From: Selaginella moellendorffii
Taxonomy: Eukaryota; Plantae; Lycopodiophyta
Assembly (NCBI RefSeq): GCF_000143415.4
Contig: NW_003314377.1
Coordinates: 62,001-126,000, forward strand
DNA length: 64,000 nt
Reading direction: 5' to 3'
In this document: in pieces, positions 26,190 to 37,807 of the stretch
Numbering within the stretch: the stretch's first letter is position 1
Layout of the letters: the number at the start of each line of letters is the position of its first letter
Position numbers and translations under genes: made by a program
The notes under the pieces: model-generated
What the model was told of the DNA's origin: nothing
Databases searched by the model: none
Seen by the model: the letters and a program-made list of their open reading frames with translations, nothing else

Positions 26190-27497
26190 ACAAGCTCAAT
26201 TAGTGATTTACAGCCACACCAGTTATCACCACCAGTATCACCTTGATCACTCTCATGTGCTTCTCGTTTCTCAGCCACTTGAGCTTTTGGCTCAGAAGCC
26301 CTGGCTTCTTCCCTGCTGCTTGTCAAGAACAAATGGCTTAAGAACAAGTGCTTGGAATAGATGGGGAGATAACTCTAGGTACCTTTGCTTTCTCATTCTT
26401 CCTTGCCTATCCTTTGCCTTAGAGCGTTTAACAGCAAGCCAAAGTATGGTGCAAGAACCATGCACATTAGGGTGATCACGTTGTATGGCATGCTAAAATC
26501 TGGTGTGGCCAGTTGCATCAATGAAAATTTGCTATACATTGGCATTGGACGCTGTCTCTGTAAGAGGGGAGCAAAGACAAAACTCAGACTTGGAAGAAAA
26601 AAAACAATCGACTACCTGAATAACAGCCAAAATATGTGAGTGACCGACATCATTACTTTGGAACTGTTTGAACACAGAGCACCTTGGGAAAGTGATAACT
26701 GTAGAAGGCAGATCAAATCCATAGTTTGCATCCGGAGGTTGATCGTCAATGTGAAGAAATCCCTGCATGAATGGAACAGCATCATCAAGATCCCTTCCAA
26801 AGCAACCAGCAATATCACAAACCTTGTCAGAGTTACGGCCTGGGTTGCAATAGAAACTTGTAGAGGAATCTCCACAGCAGCAAGAGCTTTGCGATCTTCT
26901 GCCAGTGTGAATCTCATCAGTCTAACCACAGACCAAAACTCCACGTTTTGGCCATCCAACGAAGCCTGTAGCACGTGGCCATACAAATGAACATACCACA
27001 GTATTATCTGGAGGATCATAATGTCAACGTAATTGACTGCCTCGATACCTGAAGAGTAACAGTTCCAAGAAGAACCATCATTTGCTCGAAACGAAATGAT
27101 GATGGATCCCCTTGCATTCCCGCTGCCAGCCAAGTACCAGCTTGTGTAGAACCGAGACCAATCCACCGGGGCTCTCCAAGTGACTCCAAGATCAAGCTCG
27201 CTGTGCGTGCCAGCTTCATACTCGAGTAAAAGAGAGCCTGAAGAGGAGGTAACCACCTGATTTGGAGCAGAGCTGACTATTGTCCACAAAGTTGATGCCT
27301 ATTTCTTCACTGAGATCTCTAGCCAAGTGCTTCGCCAAGCTCTCCTCCAGCTCCAGATAGACACTACTTGTAGTTGCAAGCAGGCACTTGCCTTCCAGCT
27401 TTGAGCCAAACATCCTGGAGAGTGTCCAGCCTTGCAGCTTGGATGACAGATCTTCTGAAACTGCTGGCTTTTGCAAAACAACTGTCAAGGTTAACAT
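26190..27497 (-). pseudogene. PIGT: PIG-T fragment, copy 3 (C-terminal half, more diverged, retains an intron-like segment ~26764-26823)
   Basis: TLTVVLQ...GWTLSRMFG, GSGNARGSI, GFLHIDDQPPDANYGFDLPS and LATPDFSMPYNVITL (the conserved PIG-T C-terminal motif) are present, with frameshifts and stops. Confidence 0.88.
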
Positions 27498-27529
27498 CCA
27501 ATTTTGAATATTAAGGCTATTGGGATGAA

Positions 27530-29875
27530 AAACATTTAATCAACTTATACAAAAATAACAAGATCGTTAGTATTACTACATTTTTTATGGCATCCATTGC
27601 AATGACAAAAATCCATAGTTCATACATCATTAGGATTAGCTATGATTTGTATTTGATTCATTTATTTTTTTAAATTACACCTTATAAATCTTTATCATTT
27701 ATATGTATTTTCTTAACAATGTAGGTATCATGTATAGTGAAATCATTGTAGAGAAATAGTTTATGTTTTTCTTAGAAAAACTTGCAAAATGGTGAGTGAC
27801 TTTACCTAATGTAATCTATAAATCATGTAATTTTATTTTGAAATCACAACTTTGGGAATATTGTCTCATATGTAATAAGATTGTCTTCAAATCAAAGTAA
27901 CTAATGCACAAGCAAAACATTAGCACATTAGATGAGTTGCAATGATTGGCTAATATAGTTTTCACTTCTAGTTCTACCATTACCTAATCACTAAAGGATT
28001 AGAATTTCTTTACCACAAATTAGGCCATCATGAAAAGCACTCTAAAGAAAGTGTTATACATTGTTATATTCCTTTAGCTGGTTTTTGTAATACAAACATA
28101 GAAATGTACAACAAATTTAATAAAGAATTTATATGTGCTACAATGACACAAGATATGAATCTTCCCTTTTCCTTTGAGACCATTGATAAGTTTCATATGC
28201 TACTAAGTTATTTCTCATAAAAGCAAGAACAACAATATGGTTAAAGTTTTCAAAGTTTCTTCTTCTGTTAGTTATTTTTAATTTAGTGCTGAGAATTCCA
28301 TAGAATATATATATGGATGTACTAGTTACTAATTTACAAGGATTAAGTTCAAAGCAAAGGGAGTCTTTGGCTACAAAATACTCTAGCAATGCAAAGGTGT
28401 GCAATCTTAAAGTAGTGGCACAAATTCCACATTTGCAATTATAAGGATGAACACAATCCTAATGAAACACTTGCAAGGTGTGGAGATTCTAGAACTCTAT
28501 TGTCTCAATTAAAAATTTAAATTTTTTGTACCAACTAATAAAGAATAATATATACTAAGCAAATGTATCTACTACCTTGTTAATAAAGATAAAATAGAAC
28601 TAGGCTATGTGAGTTTTCTAGGAAAAGTGATTCCGTATCAAGGATTGTGCCAAATTCCTACAATTTTCTGCCTTTGTTTTTAAAGTGCTAATCCTTTGTT
28701 CTAGCTTTTTAAATTAATTATAATGAACAAAACATTTATTACATGGATTGCCCATGGAAATGCATAATTTTATATTGGGAGTAGAGTTATATTTCACCAA
28801 TGAGCGTGATAAGATCCAACTTACAATATTACTTGTGTATTGAAAATTACAAATGAAAGGTTTAACTTACCTCGATTGCAATTTAGTGGGTGCTAGTTTA
28901 AACTAGCAAGGACCTGAGCTCTACTAAGAAAAGTAGAATTGCAAAGTATTAGATAATATTTATTTAGGTTATATGATATTAATACTATTGAAAGTTAAAT
29001 AGTAAATGGAAACTGTAAGTAAGTTTTTATGAAAATGGAGCAATGCATAATTGAATTTTATCATAGAAAGTATCTGTAAGAGAAATAAATTCTCCAATTA
29101 TGAATATGGAATCTGTTGGTAAAGAAAGAAATTTTAATCAACTTATGGAACAATAAAAAGATCCTGTTATTATTACTACATGCAATGACAAAAATCCATA
29201 GTTTATAATTATTAGGTATGGTTAGTATTTGATTAAAAAATTTGAAAAATCACATCTTATAAAGCTTTATTATTTCTACATATTTTTTTTAACAATGTAG
29301 ATATCTAATATAGTGAAGTTATCCTAGAGAATAATTTATGTTTTTCTTAGAAAAATTTGCAAGCTGGTGAGTGACTTTACCTATGTAATTTATATATCAT
29401 GTCATCTTATTTTGAAATCCAATGTGTCTGAAATATTGTCTCATATGTGATAAAGTTGTCTTTAAATCAAAGTAAACTAGCAAAACATTTGGATGAGTTT
29501 CAATCATTGGATAATGTAGTCTTCACTTCCAGTTCTACTGTTATCTAATCACCAAATAATAGAATTTATTGATCACAAATCAGGCCATCACTACTTAAAA
29601 AACTTTAAAGAAAGCATTATAAATTATCATCTTCTTTTTGCAATACAAACATAGGAATATAAAATAAATGCAATAAAGATTATATATGTGCTACAAGGAT
29701 ATAAGATATAGTTGTTCTCTTTTCTTTTGACCGTATTTATAAATGTGCTACTAAATTTTTTCTAAAATAGGTAAGAACAACTACATTCTTAAAGTTTTCA
29801 AAGTTTCTCTTGCTATTAGCTATCTTATTTTAGTGTTGAGAAGTCCATAAAATATATCTATATATACTAGTTATG
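27530..29875. repeat. Two diverged AT-rich direct repeats (~27530-28330 and ~29130-29875)
   Basis: Shared blocks occur in the same order: tttaatcaacttat, gcaatgacaaaaatccatagtt, ggtgagtgactttaccta, aaagttttcaaagtttct, tactagtta. Confidence 0.8.
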
Positions 29876-32257
29876 GGGATGGTCCAAAGTTGAGTGAGCT
29901 CAATTCAACACAAGTCAACTTAAGTCAACATAGTCAATTAGAAGTCTTACAAAGGAAATATAAATTGAACAAATGAAGGTTCTAACAAACTTTAAAATAT
30001 TTAAATATGTAAATATTTGAGTTAAAAGTTTCTATAAGATTGAATTGTTTAGAAAAGATAAAGTTCATAAAAATCTATCTTTTATAAAGCTATATTATTT
30101 TATTATGACTATTGTTACAGCTGTTATATTTTGATTTGACTAAATACTTTAAATATTTTTATTGTTGTAGATACTTTTCCTTCATTCAAAAGATTTTTGA
30201 GGGTTCTTGAGAAGATGGGAATCAAGGAAAATCCAATATCTGTGAATAAAAATTGTAGTGCAAAGGAATGTGAGAATGCTAATTTTGTTTCATTACCACA
30301 ATCTCTATATTACACTTCTAGTCTTTATTACCTATTTGAGAATGTGAAGACCACTATCATGATTGATAAAAATGCTCCTGTTACTTTTAAAACAATAGTC
30401 CAAAGTAAAAGAAATGAAGAAATGAACAACACGATGGAAAGCACCAAAAAATCTACTCCATAACACTTTTCATGATATTTGTAATTTAAATATTAATTCA
30501 TAATAAAAACTTTGTTGCCTACTTATATCACAATCCTCTCATATGATAAGACCAAGATATATTTTTGCAGTGAATCCTCATTAAAAGTTTTTGAGAGTTG
30601 TTTGTGAATAATAATAAAAGAAATCGAAATCTTTCGAAAGACTCAAAAGTAATATTACATCAAAGAATCAACTTTATCTATATTTCTAAGACTGAAATCT
30701 CATATAAGGGAATGGTAACGTGCCAATGTGCTCTGCCACTATAATGTGCTTTATATTTCCTTGCAGTCTATTTCCCTAAACATTTGGCATGTGTAGAAAA
30801 GAATATACGTGTAGTAAAGTAGGATTTTATTATAATGATAAAGCATGTGTATATGCGATAATCTAAAATTCTAGAAGCTCTTATGTTTACAAGCAAGCTA
30901 TGATTATGAAGCCTCATTTCCAAAACTGACATTTAAAGAATATGAGTATTGTTAGTGTTATAATAAATAAATCTCATTCCCGAGACTAAAACTTAGTATA
31001 TAAACTATCTAGAAAAGTTATAGTCATTGTAGTTTTTTTGTTCTCCTTGAGCTCCTTAGAAGTTTGTATTGAAATGGCTCGAAGGAAAGTCACTATTACT
31101 TGTACTTAGCCCCCTAGCATTTTATATTATTCTCCACCTCCATCCACAAGTTCTACCAACATTCTACCTTCACCTCCATATAATAATGCTTTTTTTACTA
31201 AGGGCTTTAGTAAAGTTGAATTAGAGCTCCCTATATATGAAATTCCAAATCTTGTTATTAGATAGGGATTGCTTCCAACGCTTCAAGAGCAATGCCACAT
31301 GTTTTTGCAAGATTTTGCTGACATGGCAAGACTACTTGAAAGCACATAATGCTAATACATTCAGCGTTTAATATGCTACTTTTTCTTGGACAAGACAAGT
31401 GGCTCTATGGGTTTACAAACTTTTCTTGAGCACTATAGGAATTGCCCAGTGGCGGTTCTGGAAAATGTGCATATATGGATGTATAATAGATTCAAGAATG
31501 AGTTACAGACACATACCTTCTCACCTTCGCTTATAGTTTGCATGATGTAGACAACCCTTTTCATCATGTTCTCAAATAGTTCTAGTAGTCCTTTCTCTCT
31601 ATTCAACAAGAAGAAATTAAGGAACTCCAGAGTCTCTATCTGTTGCTTATACTAAAGCTTCAATTTTGTGATATTATAAATCATGTCATTTGGAGTTTTG
31701 TTCACTACAAAAAGTAAATATGCATAATTGACAAAAATGAAGTGTGATAAGAAACTTATATTCATGAGAAAAAATTTCGGCTATAATCTCTAGCCACTCC
31801 TTCGGCCTACAATTGTTTGCAATATATCCTAGTTTCTTTAACTTTGAAGAATTTGCATGTTGAATTTTGTGCTTAATTTGTATGAACTTAGTTGAGAACT
31901 CTTCCTGACTCTTCTCTGGATATACAAGTTCATAAGCATCTTGCTTGACCTTCACCAAAATTTAAAAACCAAAACAATTAAAAAAAGCCCTTATAAAATG
32001 AAAGGGAAAGATATACTTTGCACCATATAATGAGCATAAAATTGATTGGGTTGTTAAACCAAGTTATACTGGCATTTCGAGTGTGTGAGTGCTGAACAAG
32101 TGTTGCAAGATCATCATCATAATGTTGGCGGATGTCATCCTCACTCAAGTCTGCTAAAAATTGAAGTTGCTTGATGTCATGGATAAGGTTTTACTTTTGA
32201 ACAATAAATTGCCCAAGCTTGCATTTAAACATGACAAAACAAGTTAAAGTGGAGTTG

Positions 32258-33464
32258 TGTTAGACATAAAATCCTTAGGCCCCAAAGTGGGTGCCATGTG
32301 GTAGTGGCCGAAACAAAAGCCAAACAAGCGTAACATGTTTGGACTAAAAGCTCCAACTTGAGAAGTTGAGAGTGGGAGTAAACTCCCAATGAAGGGCTCG
32401 AGGAATGAGCACAAAACAAGCAGTAAGTGAGTCTCTAGAAAAGGGACACAAAAGGACTAACACATGACATATGGAAAACTCAAGATGGAGTCCAAGATGG
32501 AGTCTGAGATGGACCTGAGATGGAGTCTAAGATGGAGTCCGAGATGGACCCAAGATGGAGTCTGAAATGGAACTGAGACCGAGACCGAGACCAAGTCCAA
32601 GTTCGAGTCCGAGACCAAGACCGAGTCCGAGACCCAGACCGAGTCCGAGTCCAAGTCCAAGTCCGAATTCAAGTCCCAGTCCCAGTCCAAATACTAATAC
32701 AGGCTGTTGGTGAAAGCCCAAAGTGATTGTCCCCTAGGGGGGGGGCTGCAAGGGGTTCCAAAAGTATAGTAGGGAGAGTGTTGGGGTTAAACCTCAGTAG
32801 AGCTAGTTTGGCCAAGAAATGTTAGTTTAGCCCAAGAAGGCTATACCTAAGTATTGGGTGATGAGATAACCATTGGGAAGTCCAAGGCTAGAGTGAATAT
32901 GGACCAACAAGCGAGGTAACTTGGTGAAGTGTTCAAGAGCTAGCTCTAGTTCCCCCGGGAGATTGAATGGTCAATGCTCCCAATCCAAGTATGGGTGGCA
33001 CTACCTACTTGGATATCTAGTGTGGCTCAATGAAACCTCACTTTAATCCCATGGCTAAAGCACCCAAATGCTGCAAAAGGGATATTGGGAAGGCTATTCC
33101 CCATGTCTGTGGGCATCTTAAGGATGTTGAATCTAAAATGATCACTCATGGACAGATGGCCCAGTCTTTGAGAGAAAAGACTGTGATGTAAGTGGTGTTG
33201 GCCCACCGGTATCACCAAGGTGAATGGGTATGGCCTTAACATAATGAGCTGATATGTCAGTAGTACCTTGTGGTGTTGGTTATGGGATCAGACACGTGGA
33301 GCACTTGGACCTAGTGCAATGGTTGAGTGGCATGGATGCCATTCTCAAAGCTAGCAAGCCCTAAATCTTGAATTGGACTTATGGAGGTTGTGAATGAGAC
33401 TCTTCCAAATGGTCGGAGGTGTGGTTAAGTGACTAAAGTAGAATAAAAAAATTAGTCGCTTACA
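32258..33464 (+). mobile_element. Mirror copy of solo LTR 15811-16999
   Basis: TGT...ACA ends, flanks agttg/agtta. Confidence 0.82.
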
Positions 33465-34529
33465 AGTTAGAGGTAAAATTATAAAACTTACACATTGATC
33501 TTTTGGTAGGCCAAGATAAGTTTGTTGACATCCAAAGGTCCCCTTGCATAGACATGCCGATTGGAACGTTGATATGGTAGATGGGATCATTGAGAAAATG
33601 ATTTTCGATACACTTTATCCAAGCCTTATATTGGTGGTTACCATCAATAGTTTGGAATATTGTCCTCACAAGCTGTCGAGTCTTAGGATGTCTAATAAGT
33701 GTGTTATCAAATTCTAGGGACTTCCTCCTCCAAATAGGATCTTAGCTATTCACAATCTGACATTGTGATAGTAAAGATCTCTATTGTTCCTGGCTTGCAA
33801 AACGAAACTAGAAACATATTGATATTTATCGCATGGCCATTTTGTTTGAACAAGCTGTATATATCCGAGTTGATATATTTTGATGTTGTGTGGACAAGGT
33901 TTATCTGTTGCAAACGACAAAAGGGGATTTCTCTAATCAAATCACAAGGGCCTAGCCACTTGAGTGCCTCAAGTGTTTGGTGAACTACTTTTTCCCTTGT
34001 TGGCATAATAGTCTTTTAGAAGCACTTGTCCACCACATTGTCAGGAAGGTCTACAAATCTTTCAACTCCAAACTATACCTTAGATTCCCTGCTATGAACA
34101 CCACTAAATTGCTCAACTTCAAAGATTTGTGCTGGTGGTGGGCTAGTGAGGAGTAAAGTGGAGGTAGTAGTGGTGATGGTGGGGGTGGTGGTGGTGGCGG
34201 CAGAGGTGGAGGCAATAGTGGCAGTGGTGGTAGCAATAGCGATGATGGAGGTGGTGATGGTGGTGGTGGAAGTGGCGATGGCAATGGTGGAGGTGGTGAT
34301 GGTGGAGGTGGTGGATCTCTAAGTAAATGTGTTTTTGTTAATGTGCTAATGGATATGTCGATCGTGATGTTGTCATCAGTGTTAAATTGAACTTTTCGTG
34401 TCTTTTTTGCTCCAACAACTTTTTTATGTAGTACAAATTTTCTTTTCTGCAAGAGAAAAAATTTTGTTAGTCAAACTAAATAAAAATAATAAGAAATTAA
34501 AACAGTCAAAGAGAAAAAAAAAATCAAGT

Positions 34530-36040
34530 AGGCCCAAACTCCATCTTGGGCAGTTTGGTTGCCCAAGGGGCTGAAGTTATTCAAATAACCTCAGCCCCTC
34601 CAGCCCCTAAAGTGCCCAAGGTCGAGCTCAAGCCAACTACCTTGAGCACTTCAGTGGCTGCTTGGGCAGCCAAAGTGCCTGAGGTGGCAGGCCCAAGCTC
34701 AACCTCGGGCACATTGGCTGCCTGACAAGCCAAGGTTATTTGAATAACCTTGGCTCCTCAGACAGCTAAAGTGCCCGAGGTGGCCAGCTCGAGCTCAACC
34801 TTGGCCCCTTGAGGTTATTTGAATAACCTTGGCCCCTCAAGTGGCCAAAGTGCCCGAGGTCAAGCCCAGGCTGGCCACCTTGGGAACTTTGGCCACCAAG
34901 GGGCCGAGGTTATTTGAATAAACTTNNNNNNNNNNNNNNNNNNNNNNNNNNNNNNNNNNNNNNNNNNNNNNNNNNNNNNNNNNNNNNNNNNNNNNNNNNN
35001 NNNNNNNNNNNNNNNNNNNNNNNNNCCGTCCAAAGAGCCAAAGTGCCTGAGGTTGAGCTTGGGCTGGCTATCTAGGGCACTTTGGCCACCCGAGGGGCTG
35101 AGGTTATTTGAATAACCTCGGCCCCTTAGGTGGTCAAAGTGCCCGAGGTCAAGTCTAGGCTGGGTTTAGGGTTTAGGTTACCTCAGCTTGTCGGGCAGCC
35201 AAAGTGCCCGAGGTGGCTAGCCCAGGCTCGACCTCAGGCACTTTGGGCGCTTGGTTATTCAAATAACCTCGGCCCCTCGGGTGGCCAAAGTGCCCTAGAT
35301 AGCCAGCCCAAGCTCAACCTCAGGCACTTTGGCTTGGTCTGTGGNNNNNNNNNNNNNNNNNNNNNNNNNNNNNNNNNNNNNNNNNNNNNNNNNNNNNNNN
35401 NNNNNNNNNNNNNNNNNNNNNNNNNNNNNNNNNNNNNNNNNNNNNNNNNNNNNNNNNNNNNNNNNNNNNNNNNNNNNNNNNNNNNNNNNNNNNNNNNNNN
35501 NNNNNNNNNNNNNNNNNNNNNNNNNNNNNNNNNNNNNNNNNNNNNNNNNNNNNNNNNNNNNNNNNNNNNNNNCGGGCATTTTGACCACCTGAGAGGCTGA
35601 GGTTATTCAAATAACCTCAGCCCCTTGGGCAGCCAAAGTGCCCGAGGTGGCTAGCTCGAGCTCAACCTCGGGTACTTTGGCCACCTGAGGGTCCGAGGTT
35701 ATTCAAATAACTTCGGCCCCTTGGGCGACCAAAGTGCCCGAGGTGGCTGGCCCAGGCTCAACCTCAGGCACTTTGGCTGCCTAAAGGGCTGAGGTTGTTT
35801 GAATAACCTCAGCCTCTTGGGTAGTGAAAGTGCTCGAAGTTGCCAACCTAGGCTTGACCTTGGGCACTTTGGCTGCCCGACAGGCTGAGGTTATTTGAAT
35901 AACCTTGGCCCCTTGGGCAGTCAAAGTGCCTGAGGTGGCTGGCCTGGGCTCGACCTCAAGCACTTTGGTTGCCCAAGGGGCTAAGGTTATTCAAATAACC
36001 TCGGCCTCTTAGGTGGCCAAAGTGCCCAAGGTGGCCAGCC
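34530..36040. repeat. Mirror copy of the 96-bp foldback satellite (two assembly gaps)
   Basis: Same palindromic cores as 13334-14745. Confidence 0.9.
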
Positions 36041-36909
36041 CTAAAGAAACAATCAAGAAAGAAGCAAGAATAAAGAAATGGAAGTGAAAGCAATCAAATC
36101 AAAACTCACCCTTGATGGCATCTTTCTTTCTTGATATCTCGATCATGCTGGATTTCTCACACTCTCACTCTCAATCTCAACTCGTGTTCATACTAATGCG
36201 CTCCATCTCTTGCACTCTCTCGCACTCAATCTCTCCCACTCGCGCACTCAAACTCTATTTCGTTAAAGTGGGATTTATTCAGTAAAATGGGACTAGGTAC
36301 AAATTTTCAAGTATTTGAAAATGACTTGAAATTATATGTTTTTTGTCCAGGGGCTAGACATATCTGGGGCATGGTGACTAGCGCGGTGACTTTGTGTCCA
36401 GACTGAGTCCATTTGGTTGTATAATAAATCTCATTGTCAAGGTGAACAAGCCGAATCTGAAGCTAAAGAAGAGCGATGGCATGCGCGCACACACTATTTG
36501 TTTGTTCATTGAGCATGTGGTGAGCTTTCCAAGATGAACGTCATTCCTATTAGCCAGACATATAACTTAATGGTGAGAACATTTAGATATTATTCAATGT
36601 TATCTTTTTCTAACGAATCTAATTATGAAGGTGTAGCAAGAGGCATTGCTAGTCTGGAGAAGTCATTTAACTCATTTGACCCTTAGTGTATTTTCATGAA
36701 ACTAAATAACATTCATATTATTAAGGAATTTCTCTAGTACCTTTTTTTTACGACATAGAGGCTTGCATTTCTTTCAAAGGTGATTTAGTAAAAGGCCTGA
36801 GGGCACATGCCATTCTATTTCTCAAACCGGTATTAAGATATACTAGTGCAAAGGGAAAAAGGTATTTGGTGATCAAGTAAATGGCATGAGGGCACACGCC
36901 ATTATAAGC

Positions 36910-37167
36910 CTAAGCACTAGTGGACACCTCCTTTTTGGTACTCTCAGCGGTACTATCATCCTTCTCCAGGTCAGTTGTTTTGCTTTGGATTGTTGTCTCT
37001 GACGTTACTGGGGCGTTCTCGATAGTTGTTAATGTTGCCGTTTATTCAGAAAAATGATCACATGGAGTATAGTACGGGGAGTTTGGAAGACTTATATATT
37101 CTACATCTTCACCTATCTCCTTCTCCGTCTCCTTTTCTGCCTCACTTACAGATTTTGTGCTTGCCAT
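36910..37167 (-). pseudogene. ORF3 of the transposon, ~85 aa acidic Ser/Thr-rich protein of unknown function, one internal TAA (37042-37044)
   Basis: MASTKSVSEAEKETEKEIGEDVEYISLPNSPYYTPCDHFSE*TATLTTIENAPVTSETTIQSKTTDLEKDDSTAESTKKEVSTSA. Homology across the stop to the ORF at 18788-19054 supports a coding origin. Confidence 0.65.
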
Positions 37168-37807
37168 GAGAACGCTCTTCACCTTAAAATATGGAGTTCG
37201 TTGTGTTATAAAAGGAAACCAACACACACGCTGCAAGGGAATGATGGTACATAAAGCACGTAAGCCCACAATATGGGTTTATGTGCCATTAATATGGGCC
37301 ACACGCCATATTATTAGATTTATGCACGTGTGATTGGTAAATGCATATGTCATATCATCTTTGTTTTACCTCACACACTATATCAGGCCTAATGAACCAT
37401 ATCACATGTGCGCACATGCTATATATATGGAGAAGTATTATGCAAGGATAGAAAAATTCAATGCATGATTGTGGAGAGCAATGGCATGAAGCCACATGCT
37501 AAATAACATTTTAGAGAAAGAATTAAAATAGAAACATGGAAACAGTACTGAGTGGACCAAGACTTAGAAGTGCACAATTGAATGAGGTATTTCTAATAAA
37601 TATTTCACTCACCTCATATAGGAATGGCTACCACTCTCAAATGGCGTATCACCTCATGCCATCACCTCGCAATTTGTTATAACAATCCGATGAATTCATA
37701 TTTGGCTTGTTCACCTTGAACTTTAAGTAAGATTTGCTAGAACAACTAAGAATTTATACTTGTTATTTGTATCATCTCACCTAGGAATGGCGTAAGGCCA
37801 CATGCCA

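Noticed and set aside
36246-36250. 5-bp TSD (ACTCA) for the DNA transposon
   Set aside because: It is formally possible, but a 4-bp TSD gives ungapped 24-bp TIRs at both ends, so it was preferred.
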